Positions 52,546 through 64,000 of a stretch of DNA of 64,000 bases are shown piece after piece. Below the pieces are notes generated by a model. It did no database searches and was not told the origin of the DNA. It saw only the letters and a list, made by a program, of their open reading frames with translations. The stretch's first letter is position 1; each line of letters opens with the position of its first letter. The stretch comes from Octopus vulgaris (lineage: Eukaryota): the NCBI GenBank assembly GCA_951406725.2, contig OX597814.1, positions 170,748,001-170,812,000 of the forward strand, read 5' to 3'. Both the position numbers and the translations under genes were made by a program.

Positions 52546-55500
52546 TTTTCTGATGTTCTATTAATGCAATATATAAATTCATTCAATATGAAAATATTCA
52601 TTTTCAAATAATAAATGAAAAAAAGAAAATCTACCTCCATTGTTTGATAAAAAACCCCAAAAACTTGGAACGCTTCTGAGCCACTTTAACTCTTTTGTCA
52701 CCAACCTGTCTGCGACTGTTCTGTTTCTCTAATACAAAACCTCATTTCAAGAGTTCACATCTAAACCAAAATCTTCCAACTTAATATTATGTTAGACTGT
52801 TATTTTGCTAACATTAATGTGGTAATGAAAATATTTAGTTGTTTTTATAAATATTTTGCAATGCATAATAATTTTCAAAATTAATTAAAACCTATAGACA
52901 ATCTATTTTATTTGAAATAGGGTCATAAAAGAATTACACCCATCCACCAACTTGATTGAAACTGATTTTAATACTTCAATGCAAAACTTTTTTTTTTGTG
53001 TGTGTTCATAATTAAATTTAAATCTTCCATTATTAGCATGTAATATACGAAACTTTTCTTCCAAATACCAGCCCAGCTTAATCTATTAAATAATGAAAAA
53101 TTAATTCTTCTAATAAATATTTCAATAAATCCCTCTGAAATTCTTGATTATTTTCGAAATTAATCAGAACAAATAGGTAATGTATTTTGATGAAATATGG
53201 TCATAGAAGGGTTAAAAGATTTAATTATGGAGCTGTCACAAAATGCTACAAAATGAAAATATTCAAACTAATAACACTGAAAAACCCTGTCCGCAACTGA
53301 GACAGAACTTATCCATGCTACAACTGGGCCAGAACATGGTGGTTTGAAAAATAGCAAGAACTGTTTGAATTTTCTGACATTCATTGAAATTCAGCTAAAA
53401 TTTACAAATAACCAATTTGCTCAGAACACATTTACAGATATAGATAAAGAAATTAAAAGGAATTAGGAATATAAGGAGCTGTAGAAAAAGAAAAGGAAGA
53501 CATCAAGCTAGAAATTAGATGGAATTTTTTAGAGAAACATTAAAATACAAAGTGCTTTAAAGTCTAGCCTGTCTTGCTAAAAGGACAAAATGACCGTGCT
53601 AGTACCATGATAAAGTAGCTAAGGAACAAACAACATATCCCTAATCAATCACAGAAAGCTATCTTCAAAAATAATAAATTAAAACTTCTCCAAGATGTAA
53701 GAGTAATTAAAATAAGTTCCCACCTATGAATATATGTGTGTATGTATTTTATTCAAACTAAATGTTTTTTAGACTTGACATTTCTATTGAGTTCTTTGTC
53801 AGTTATTGTTACTTAGTGTTTTCAAGATTTATTATACATGCATACATTTTTTTCAATATAGTTCTTGTTAATGTTCTAGTACCAGGTTTCCAGCTGATGG
53901 AGACAAGTGTTTTTTCAACTACAGTTCAAAACACAAATGACACTTCCCCATAGTAATTGATGAATGTATTATTATCAGCTATAATGGTGGAGTACCATTT
54001 GTGTTTTAATTTTTGAATTCTGGTTGAAAAAAAATAATCATCTTTGTCAGCAGGCATCTCATGTACCAGAAAATTAACAATAATTCTTATAAAAAGAAAT
54101 TTCTTAATGTTCAGTACTCACTGTACCTACAAGTGAATGTGTGTGTGTGTGTGTATACATACATACATGCATGCAAAAATATGTATGTATATAGCAAATA
54201 TCTTTTTGTCAAAAATATTAAAAGATGTAATGCAAAATACAAACAGAAAAAAAACATGCTATATTAATGATAGGAAAAAGTTAGACCACTGTGAATCAGA
54301 AACCAAAAGTACAATGACGTTTGTCTACAGACAACCTTTGGCAATCCAAAAAGAGAGCTTCTATGCAGTTGCTTCACCCAATAGAAATAGAAAAATTACA
54401 TCAAATCACACTATTCTTTAAACAAAAAAGCTGGATACATCTAATTCTAGATATGCAAATAGACATCTTTAATCATATGGCTGGAACATCTTTAATCATA
54501 TGTTTGTTTATTTAGAGATAAACAACAATAGTAAACTGCTTTTGTTCTCAGTCATAGATGGAACATGGATACATAAGAGAATAATTCTACTGAATAACAG
54601 ATGCCGGTTTCATCCTTATTAAGTGAAGCCCTCATCTATTTAAATGAACTTCCCTGTTAAAAAAAAAACATGCACCCACAAAACTTTGAATAATGTGGTG
54701 CAGATTCAACATTTTATTAAATACTTACAACTCCAACTAAATGTATTGAGTGCTACATTCATTAATTTGTTCACCTATTCATATAACTGCTCCACTCACG
54801 TTTTTTTATTTTTAAGATACTAGAGTATAATTTGAGCTTCAACCTTGATTTGATAAACAACATGAAAAAATTAAAATTTAAACATCCTTCTAGCTCCTTT
54901 CTATATGCCTGAAACATTCACATGATAAACATCAAATGATCACTAAATGTACACATTCTTGTTAATAAGACAAAAAGCATAGGAAAAGAAACACATCCTT
55001 GCAGTACAACAAGAAAGCCAACCTTTCTCTTCAAGCTTATTGACCACTAAGGACCCGGAAATACCACCCAATGCCTTGCCGGCTTATGCACAATTGCTGC
55101 AGGGTATATAATCCCTGCTAACCATACAAAGATGCCAACCTACTATCCCCTGGCAGCTGTGCTTATCACACGATCTCATATGTAACGTCATGCTACCAAA
55201 TTGTTTACTTTTCCACATATAAACTGTTGTTGCCGAAATGATTTACCCAGCAGAATGCCAACTAACTGATGCCAACATGGAGCATGCAATGAAAGAACTG
55301 ATGTCACTAGATAGTTAAAACACCCATTGTGATCTGAACTGACCATGGAAAGCCTAAATATTCTAACCTCGAAACCATTTAAAATTTCTTTTAAAATTCT
55401 CTCCATTCTGATGATGCTGCCATGTTTTGTGCCCAAGAAATTTTATGTGGAGCCAATTCAACTGGCTATTAAACACACACACACATACATACATCAAACA

Positions 55501-55859
55501 AGGGTGCTTCCTTAGCATAAAATAAAGCCTGGAACTACTGTGTACTACACATCTTCTTATAATTAGAAAAAGAAAAAAAAAACTAAACAAAGACCCTATT
55601 TTTTATACTTGCGACATGATGGGCAACTTTCATGACTAGCCCTTGTGTGTGTAACAGCCAATGTGTGTATCTCTACAATGGAATATATCAGCATGTAGAA
55701 GGCACACAAATAGTAGTAGAGATCTTCATTATCAAACAATACAGAATGGATTAAAGAGCTGATTTTGTGTACAAGTGTAGAAACAAGAATGAAAGCATGA
55801 GCTACTGTAGAGATAATACTTTAGACAAAAAAAAAAACACACACATCTCTACATGGTTT

Positions 55860-56025
55860 CTTAATCTGCTAGAAATAGCACTAATCTGCCTCAAATCACA
55901 CTTTACAAAAAAAAAAGTGCTACCTCAATAAAAAGATACTTTGGATAATGTCCTGGAAGAGACAGTATGCTTTTGATTATATAGATTTGTCTGATCAGGG
56001 TTGACCAAGGGCTAAACAACAACAC
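55860..56025 (+). mobile_element. Old interspersed repeat (gctagaaatagc family)
   Basis: ctgctagaaatagca...tgatcagggttgaccaagggctaaacaacaac. Confidence 0.65.
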
Positions 56026-56143
56026 TGAACTATGAGAAACAAAAAAGAAAGCAAAAAAAACAAACAAACAAAAAAAAAACAAAGCAAAAAAGTCAATATC
56101 GAGATGTCACATGCAGAAGAAACTAGTAAACACAGACACTGAC

Positions 56144-56291
56144 CTTGTGCTGCACCACCATCGTGACCTGATACTGCTTGCTGTGCTGCTGCAGCTGCTG
56201 CTGTTTTAGCTGCATATAAATTTGCTTCTTCCTGCGCTTTACCAATATTTTTTTTATACCGAATTCGTTTATTTCCAAACCAGTTCGATAC
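56144..56291 (-). CDS. Pbx: Pbx/extradenticle exon: homeodomain helix 3, C-terminal extension and poly-Ala (148 nt, phase 0 to 1)
   Basis: Translates [50 protein letters not shown], the diagnostic PBC-class [12 protein letters not shown] motif. Acceptor cgctgcag|GTA, donor CAAG|gtcagt. Confidence 0.97.
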
Positions 56292-56757
56292 CTGCAGCGA
56301 AAAGATTGTTTGAGAAATCTTAGGGGCAAAGGTGCAGACAAGTTTAACGCAGAGCAAACACAATAAATTATTCATCAAAGGATATTTCGAACGCTTTGAA
56401 TCATTAAAGACACAAACACAACACAATACAAGGTATAGAGCAGTAGAAACCCAGTCACAGGCATTGTATTTGGTATTTAGTGTTTTAACAAATATTCTAT
56501 GTACAAAAAAAAAAAAAAAATTTTAACCCCCAAAATTCTCAAATTAATCATAGTTATTTAACAGCTGTTTCGTTTGGCTTTGTGTTTCCTAATTCAGCTC
56601 TGATTGTGTACACCTTTGATCAAAGGCATCAAGACGATGCTCATCATAGCTTTGTTCAAAATATAATGTATCCAGGATTACATTTCCAGAATGAATGTCT
56701 CCTCTTCATTTAATTAACTAACACCCTTTCCTTCTTCTGTTGCATTTGTGCCAATAT

Positions 56758-57055
56758 TCATCATCATCATTGTTTACCATTTGCTTTCCATGCTATCATG
56801 GGTTGGATGGTTTGACTGAGGGCTGGCGAACCAGATGGCTGCACCAGGCTCCAATCTTGATCTGGCACAGTTTCAACAGCTGGATGACCTTCCTAATGCT
56901 AACCACTCCAAGAGTGTAGTGCCATCAGCACGGGGGCCAGTCAGGCAGTACTGGCAACGACCTTGCTTGAATCTTTTTACTCATGCTACCAGCACAGGTG
57001 CCAGTAAGGCGATGCTGGTAACAATCACGCTCGAATGGTGCCTTTTACATGCCAC
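56758..57055 (-). mobile_element. RTE-LINE 3' UTR/tail in reverse orientation
   Basis: Reverse complement closely matches 51205-51350 and 28950-29235. Confidence 0.88.
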
Positions 57056-59229
57056 CTTTTACAGGCCAATATTAGAAATCATTAATATTTAATTCAATTT
57101 TTGTTTTTCTAATCAGTTAGTCAGATGATGACAGCAGTGTCCACAACCTCTGTAGGCTCTTCCAAATTGATGAGAGGGTGATGTGGTTGATATCCAACTC
57201 GAATATCAGCAAAGAGCAAACTGAAAGTCTGATCCAAAGGCCTGTAACAGAATGAACCCTGCTAGACTGAAGGATGAATTGACAATTAAATGATATAACA
57301 CAAATTCACACAAAAGCATATGTATGAGAAACATATTTAATTTGCTGGAATTGAACTGATGATTATTCATCATCATCATCATTATCATCATCATTTTATA
57401 TCCATTTTTCCATGCATAATTTGCATCTTAATTCCATTGATAAATAAAAGTAGCTATTATGAACAAAATATGCCAGACATAATTTTCCCTTCTTTTTATA
57501 CCCGCTTATTTAAATTTAAAAAAAAAATTTTTTTACCAAATACGTATGTAACAATACAGTGACTAATATCTGAAGGTATATAACCATGAACCAATTAATG
57601 AAAAGGTTAAATAGTTTACATAAGTCATTCATAGAATGATGAATAACAACAATACATTAAAAATAACAAATAAAAACATGCAAAACAATATGCGTTTTAG
57701 TTTTGTTTTGCCAAACGGAAAGCAATTTTGTGTTAAAATAGCTTTACAATGATTTTGGAATTCACAGAAAGAATTATACATAGAAATGATGTAATGATCA
57801 AAGTTACAAATTATTGACAACAATAAGAACTATCAAACATGATTTTTTAAAAAAATCCAACATACTTTCAAACAATAAAATAAAATGTAAAATGACCGTT
57901 ACATTCTGATACAGCAATTTCACCTACTTAAACAAAAAAACTAAACAGTATATAATGCATTTAATTTCGTTTTTATCTTTTTCTTTGTGTAAAATAGATC
58001 AAGAGACTTTGTAGTAACTGAAATTTCACTATGTCTAGAAGTTAGAAAATTTAAAGACAAAAGCAAATTAATAAAAATTAGCAAAAAGAAAAAAAAACGA
58101 AAAATGAATTTCAGATTTTGTAAGTGATCATGTAAAACATTTCAAATGGCAAATTATGTTTTATTTTTAGTAACAATACCAAGCATGAGCCGTATAAAAA
58201 TTTCAGAAAATATTTTTAGTTGTAATTTTGTGTGTGTGTATGAGGTCATAGCATGCTGAAGAGATCTCTATAAAGGGTGAAATGCAGTAATATACATGAT
58301 TATCACTTGACTAGAAATTTTAAGGAACTTGTAATAAGTAATGAATGAAAGAATGAATCAATAAATAAATATGCGAGTTCTCTACATCTTTTTTTCCTAA
58401 TAATTTCTTAATTTCAAATCCAAATTCCTAATCCTGCCAAACATTATGAAGAAATGATTATCTCCCTTGTAATTGCTTCTTAAGGGAAAATATGCATGTG
58501 TGTGTGTGTGTGTGTGTGTATTCAAAATTGAGACCTCTGTGAAACTCCTTTGAGTTTCTCATTTTGTTCTCACAGCAACTTACGAGGCCTTTTTTTTTCC
58601 TTTCACATTATACATACATCTTTGCAGATCTTCCCAGACAAAGATTATGTGCGTATATGTATGTGCATGTGCGTGTGTGTGTGTGTATGCATACTCACAC
58701 ACACACAGTCTCTTTTTCCCCCTTTCACACTTTCTCTCTCCCTATATCAACATAAAATGAATCTACGGTTATACATGGGTAAACAAATGTAATGTTAAGT
58801 GAAGTGCACACTCCAAATGTTTAGGCTTCAGACTTAGTCAGCAGAAAATGAAAGCTACCATGATGCTATATGAATGAAATATTTTCAAATCAAGTATGTA
58901 TATCTATAAATACATACATGTGTATACACACACACATGCATACAGATAAACATTTACATACATACATACAGACAGAGAAATATTTACACACAAACACACA
59001 CACATATATATATATCTTCTGTTTATGTACAGAAATATAGTTTATATTTGTCCATGTAATTATGATCTCATTATTGTGTCCATTCACACATCTCCATTGA
59101 TATAAATTCATTCATAGGTTGTTGTTTTTCCCTATAAGTCAATCATTTTCCAGTTATCAATTATTCTTCAGGCAGTTATTGTTTACACTGATCCTTCAGT
59201 CTAGGATAATAATGATGATGATCATGATG

Positions 59230-59269
<40 letters not shown>

Positions 59270-59273
<4 letters not shown>

Positions 59274-59730
59274 CGTCCTGATGCAGTACCAGACAGTGGT
59301 TATGTCATGATACAGTAACCAGACAGTGGCTCTCATGGCTTCTAATCTTAACTAACTGGAAGTGTTATCATGTACATTGTTTTGTTTTCATATAAAAGAT
59401 GGGCTACAGCAAATATTCCGCTCGATACCACAGATTTGCTTGTCAGTTGTTTGACCATAACCAGTTGAGCATGTCCCTTGGTGGCTGACGATATGTTCAT
59501 TTCTGATCATGAGCAGAAGTAGTGGGGGAAGCATCATAGTCAAGTGTCGAGAGGAATTCTTTGGGGTTTGGATAATTCACCTCTGGAAACATGGGTGTTT
59601 TGTTCAACATCCTTAACCTTTATTCAGGGACCTTTTGAGCAGGATGGGCTACTCAACCTGAAGAAAATTCTAATCAGGCCCCACCTGCATGATCATGCAC
59701 TTTTTATCTTCATATGAGATCACCATGAGA
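59270..59730 (-). mobile_element. Probable interspersed repeat remnant abutting a (TAA)n tract
   Basis: GC-balanced block starting abruptly after (TAA)n, with a short internal duplication (cagtaccagacagtgg). Family not assignable. Confidence 0.45.
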
Positions 59731-59837
59731 CTCTGTGAGACCTTTAACAACAGGCTGCTGCCTGCTCTCACAGAATTAACAGAAGCAAATGAAATTGAGA
59801 GTTCTGAGTAGTGATATGGAAATAATAAAAATATTAA

Positions 59838-60038
59838 TCCTTTTTACTATAGGCTCAAGGCCTGAAATTTTGGGGGAGTAGGCTAGTTGGTTACATCGAC
59901 TCTAGTGCTCTACATCAATGCCAGAAGGATGAAAGGCAACATCAACCTTGGCAGAGTTTGAACTCATAACACAAAGATAGACAAAAGGCCACCAGGCATT
60001 TTACCTTGGGAGTTAACGATTCTGCCAGCTTGCTGCCT
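59838..60038 (-). mobile_element. Meta/Sauria-like SINE, degraded
   Basis: aaggcctgaaattttggggg...gaaggatgaaaggcaac...gagtttgaactca...ctgccagct. Confidence 0.78.
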
Positions 60039-62067
60039 AAGATACTACTACTACTACTACTAATAATAATAACAACAACAATTTTGGAATACAATGACAA
60101 TAGAATTGGATAGAATGTTGTATACTAATCATAAAATTTGAGTTCTTTACCAGAAGTTGTTGAAAAATGAAAGAACCAAAACCACAATAGCATAATAACT
60201 AACATAATATGAAACATTGCAACAATGGAGGTGAAGCCAAACTTCTACATCATTGATGCTGTAGTTGTTGTTAACCCTGCGCCACTGCCAACCCACCCCA
60301 CTCACTCTGATCCAACAGACCACTGATCAAAGGTGCCCCAAACAGTAACCATCTTGAATTGTCTTTGTTTCTTAAGATGTCATCATAATCGACACCATTA
60401 TCACCTCATTGTCTCATTTCTATATATTCACATATATGAAGAGATCAGCTCTGGTCTTCCAGTTCTCTTTTTCCCTCCCTCTCTTTCTCTCTCAATGCTA
60501 CATTTCTTTAGGAATAGTTACTTCTTGAAATGAGTATCCGCATGCAGCTTCTTTGTACCATTTTTTCTCCTCCTTTACTGTTTTACTTTTATTTCTCTAT
60601 GATTTAAAAAGCCAAGTTTTTCTTGTTAAAACAATTGTCTTTACAGCCAAATTTCCTTCCTCAGACCACATTATTCAGCCATAAAATGCTATACAAGGAG
60701 AGAAAGTTTTTAGCCTGGCTTAGCTGAGAGCAAAAATAAGACAATGGCAATGGTTGTAGTAGGGCTTGAACTCATGGACTATATAGTTAGTGGTTTAAGC
60801 AAATTAACCACACACAGCTTGATCATTGTGTCTTACAGGAGAGCCTATTCATGGCTATTTACTCTGCAAGAAACAGCAGTCATATCTCCATAATCTGGTT
60901 AGTTATGAATGAAGTTTCATATTCTAATAAACTGGAACACAACAAAACAAGAGCAAGGAAGGGGACCCCCCCCCCCACCAAATATATATATAAATTGAAA
61001 AGAAATGAGATATTTTACCCAGAGATTTTGAAAAGCGGAAGTAAACTACTCCACCCAAATGCACTCCTGCACAAGCATAAGCACATGCACTCTTGCTGTA
61101 CACACACACACACACACACAGAGGAATCTGATAATAATATTTCTAAAAAAGTGCTATAGACTGAAATGCTCAATAAACAAACCATTAAACAGAACTTTAA
61201 AATGATCTGAAATATTAATCACGTCTGTGAATGAGGTGTGTGTATGTGTGTTTGTGTGTGTGTGTTAGCATTTATATATATATTCATTCACAAGAGTACA
61301 AGAGCAAACGTGACAGTGTGCATATGTCTGTTAGGTTAAGAGATTTTTTTTTTTATAAATGACTTGAAATAGGTTTGTTTTAATGGATGCAGTTTTATTG
61401 AAAATAAGACACAAGTGGGCAGACATAAATTCAGTGATGAATTCAGAGCAATGGATAAGGTGGAGAGTATATATGCAGATGAGGGTGTGTGGCGTGTGTG
61501 TGTTTCTCACAAGCACTGTCATCAAAAGCAAAAAAACTGCCTTTTCCATAGCTATGACAAAAATTGAATTAAAATATATGAAAATAAAATTAAAAAAAAA
61601 AAATAAATAGAATTTATGAAATCATTAGATGGGTGTAGTTGATAATTTACTAGTATTTATCAGCTGACATTGATGATAATTTATTTTTGATGTAATTAAG
61701 CAAAAGCATTAAAGAATTTTGATAGGTGTAAGTAATGAGCAACTGCCTTAATTTCAACCAGTTAAAAACAAACAAACAAACAACAAAAAGCACAGGGGCA
61801 ATTTAGTTTAAATAATATATTTATAAGTGTATATGTGACATAGCACAGTAGCATGAAATTAACCAAAAACAACAAAATATAAAAAAAAACTCAAAAAACC
61901 CCCAGGTAATCAATAAATACAATTAGAGAAATATGGTAAGCATTCTCTGAAGGAACTTAAATTACATTAAAAAAACCAAAAAAAACCCCTGATATTTCGA
62001 ATGATTGTGGTCAACCTAGGGTGATGTTTCCATACCAAATTGATCCTCTATTTGACTGGATCTTCAA

Positions 62068-62277
62068 CCATTCAGATTACTCTGCCAAATCTAATGCTTA
62101 TTTATTCACACTGATTTGAATTAATTATGCATTATCTTGTAGCTTTGGGATTTCAGTACGATTGTATATTTTTTAGAATGACATATCTGGATAAGTACGA
62201 GTCCAGATCTGGTTGGTTTGAACATAAAACAAGCAGAATATTTAGGCAGGATATGGCCGGTTTTAAATGCTAAAGGG
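62068..62277 (-). mobile_element. TTAA MITE (piggyBac-type)
   Basis: Ends AAATGCTAAAGGG|TTAA. Body matches 32603-32822. Confidence 0.85.
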
Positions 62278-63053
62278 TTAAGCCAACAAGTGGGCTATTA
62301 TATCGTTCAGTCTACAAGAAGAGCTGCCAAATCACATACTGAATCACCACTGTGTTTAAAAAAAAACAAAGAAAAGTCACATTGGATAATGTAGTCTTAG
62401 ATGAGCTATGCATGAAAAACAAAATGACCCAATGGTCATGGCTGGAATAATTTTAATCATGCCTGCTTGATCAGAACTGATTTAATAGATAAGACAAAGT
62501 AGTCCTGGGTGGGATTTGAACTTAAAATATAAAGGAACACAACATGTAGATTTCTAATTGGTGTTAGAACTAGGTGTTTGGAATTTTGCAGCTGAATACA
62601 AGTGTTGGTGCTAAAGAGTCAACTACCAATCAGGAACATAAACTGATTATTAGCCATGCCTTAATGCACTTTTTAGACTCCCTCCCCCCGAGTTGTATCA
62701 TGAGCGGGTCATTCATTATGACTGCAATAAACGCACACTTCTTTATTTGTCATTTTGACAATTGGTTAACAGCTCAATCAACTAGTTTTATCAAAGTCCT
62801 TTCGTTGCCATTTGTGATCTCATCAACAGCATGCAAAGACTGTTTCAGATCTGTCTGTCCATCAGGTCAGCCTATCTCCTGGTTTACAGGTTCTATATTT
62901 ATATGGATATGAGCGAGAAAGTATGTGAGAGAGGAACTGAGAATCGGGGAAAGAAGAATGTGTAGGCATATATGAGAGCATATTTGTGCATGTATGCGCA
63001 TTTGTGTGGTGTAACAAACTCTGTGAGAGAGAATGTGTGTGTGTGTGTGTGTG

Positions 63054-63093
<40 letters not shown>

Positions 63094-63757
63094 ACCTTTG
63101 AAACAGGAATCAATATAATCTGAATCCAGCCAGGAAGACAGATAAGTAATATCTCACTGCCCTTCTTGCTGCTGACAAAAACAAAAAAAAACCAACCCAA
63201 AACACCTACACTCTTAACATCCTGTGTAACATGAATCTATACAGCACTGCATCTGTCTGTCAGTAACATCTGAAAACCACAAGAATTTAACCAGCCTTGT
63301 TTATATTTGTTTTAAAAGAAGTCGGAACAGCCTAATCCAAGGGAGAAAACTTTAATGTCTTCCTCTATCAGTTACATCATTCTGTATCATGCATTAACAA
63401 CATTGATCCATGTGTTGCTGAATTTATGCAATTTTTTTTTGTCTGAAATCAATTTATTAAAATCTTCATTGAAAAATGGTCACTGGTCATTATTCAAGTG
63501 ACAAATTATTGATGAATTAAAGGTAGATAAGACATTAGATGTGATAACCTCAACGATATATCAATTTTTTCCTTGCAAATTATGTCTGTCTGTCTTCAAT
63601 CCATCAAATTTTCACAGTTAAAGACTCAGGCAATATAGTACTTCAAGACTGATTGGGCACTGAAGGTTTTGCAGACGTAGTTGGTCCAATGTAGGACTTA
63701 ACCCTTTCGTTGCTATATTTATTTTGAGATTCTCTGTGTTTCTTTCAATTACTTTAA

Positions 63758-63953
63758 CCCTTTAGCATTTAAACCAGCCATATCCGGCCAAAAGTATTTT
63801 GCCTGTTTTATGTGCAAACTGGCCACATCTACAATATCATTTTAAAAATTAAAACAGCTTCCTCATCAAAATCTCATTGCTACAAGAGATTAGTTCAAAA
63901 CAGTGTGGATGAAAAAGCATAAATTTTGGCAAAATAATGTGAACACTAAACAG
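63758..63953 (+). mobile_element. TTAA MITE nested in the start of a second TTAA-type element (63702)
   Basis: TTAA|CCCTTTAGCATTT...CACTAAACAG|TTAA. Upstream TTAA|CCCTTTCGTT at about 63698. Confidence 0.8.
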
Positions 63954-64000
63954 TTAAATATAACAAAGAACTTAGTAAAATAACTTAGTTATCATTAAGC

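Noticed and set aside
5106-53652. Scattered TGATTGAT (Pbx consensus) and TGCATG (Rbfox) motifs
   Set aside because: The handful of hits is about what base composition and CA/TG repeats would produce, with no clustering.
55995-56426. 143-aa ORF as a complete gene
   Set aside because: Only 56144-56291 is Pbx-like and bounded by splice sites. The rest is intron read-through.
56292-64000. Upstream Pbx homeodomain exon (RRKRRNF...NPYPSEE)
   Set aside because: Looked for but not found. It must lie beyond the window end.

Overview
AT-rich, microsatellite- and transposon-dense eukaryotic DNA, most likely from an octopus or other coleoid cephalopod (inferred from the SINE/MITE families; not verified). 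The only gene supported by the sequence is the 3' part of a Pbx/extradenticle TALE-homeobox gene on the minus strand. It comprises the helix-3 homeodomain exon (56291-56144), a 134-nt exon homologous to the vertebrate PBX1a/b cassette exon (42287-42154) and the VxxLRHVISQTGGY exon (13545-13438). Several short terminal exons are possible (13402 read-through, 7415, 6523). The introns are about 13.9, 28.6 and 6-7 kb, and the upstream exons lie beyond position 64000. Almost all ORFs in the supplied track are microsatellite artefacts. Introns hold tRNA-derived SINEs, RTE and CR1-like LINE remnants, a pogo/Tigger fossil, TTAA (piggyBac-type), mariner and hAT MITEs, and two long palindromes. The most interesting signals concern the Pbx C-terminal tail: candidate unannotated cassette, poison and micro-exons, tandem acceptors, inverted repeats bracketing exons (possible ADAR or back-splicing substrates) and cryptic ~30-nt periodic tracts. 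All splice-variant ideas are hypotheses from motif reading and need RNA data.
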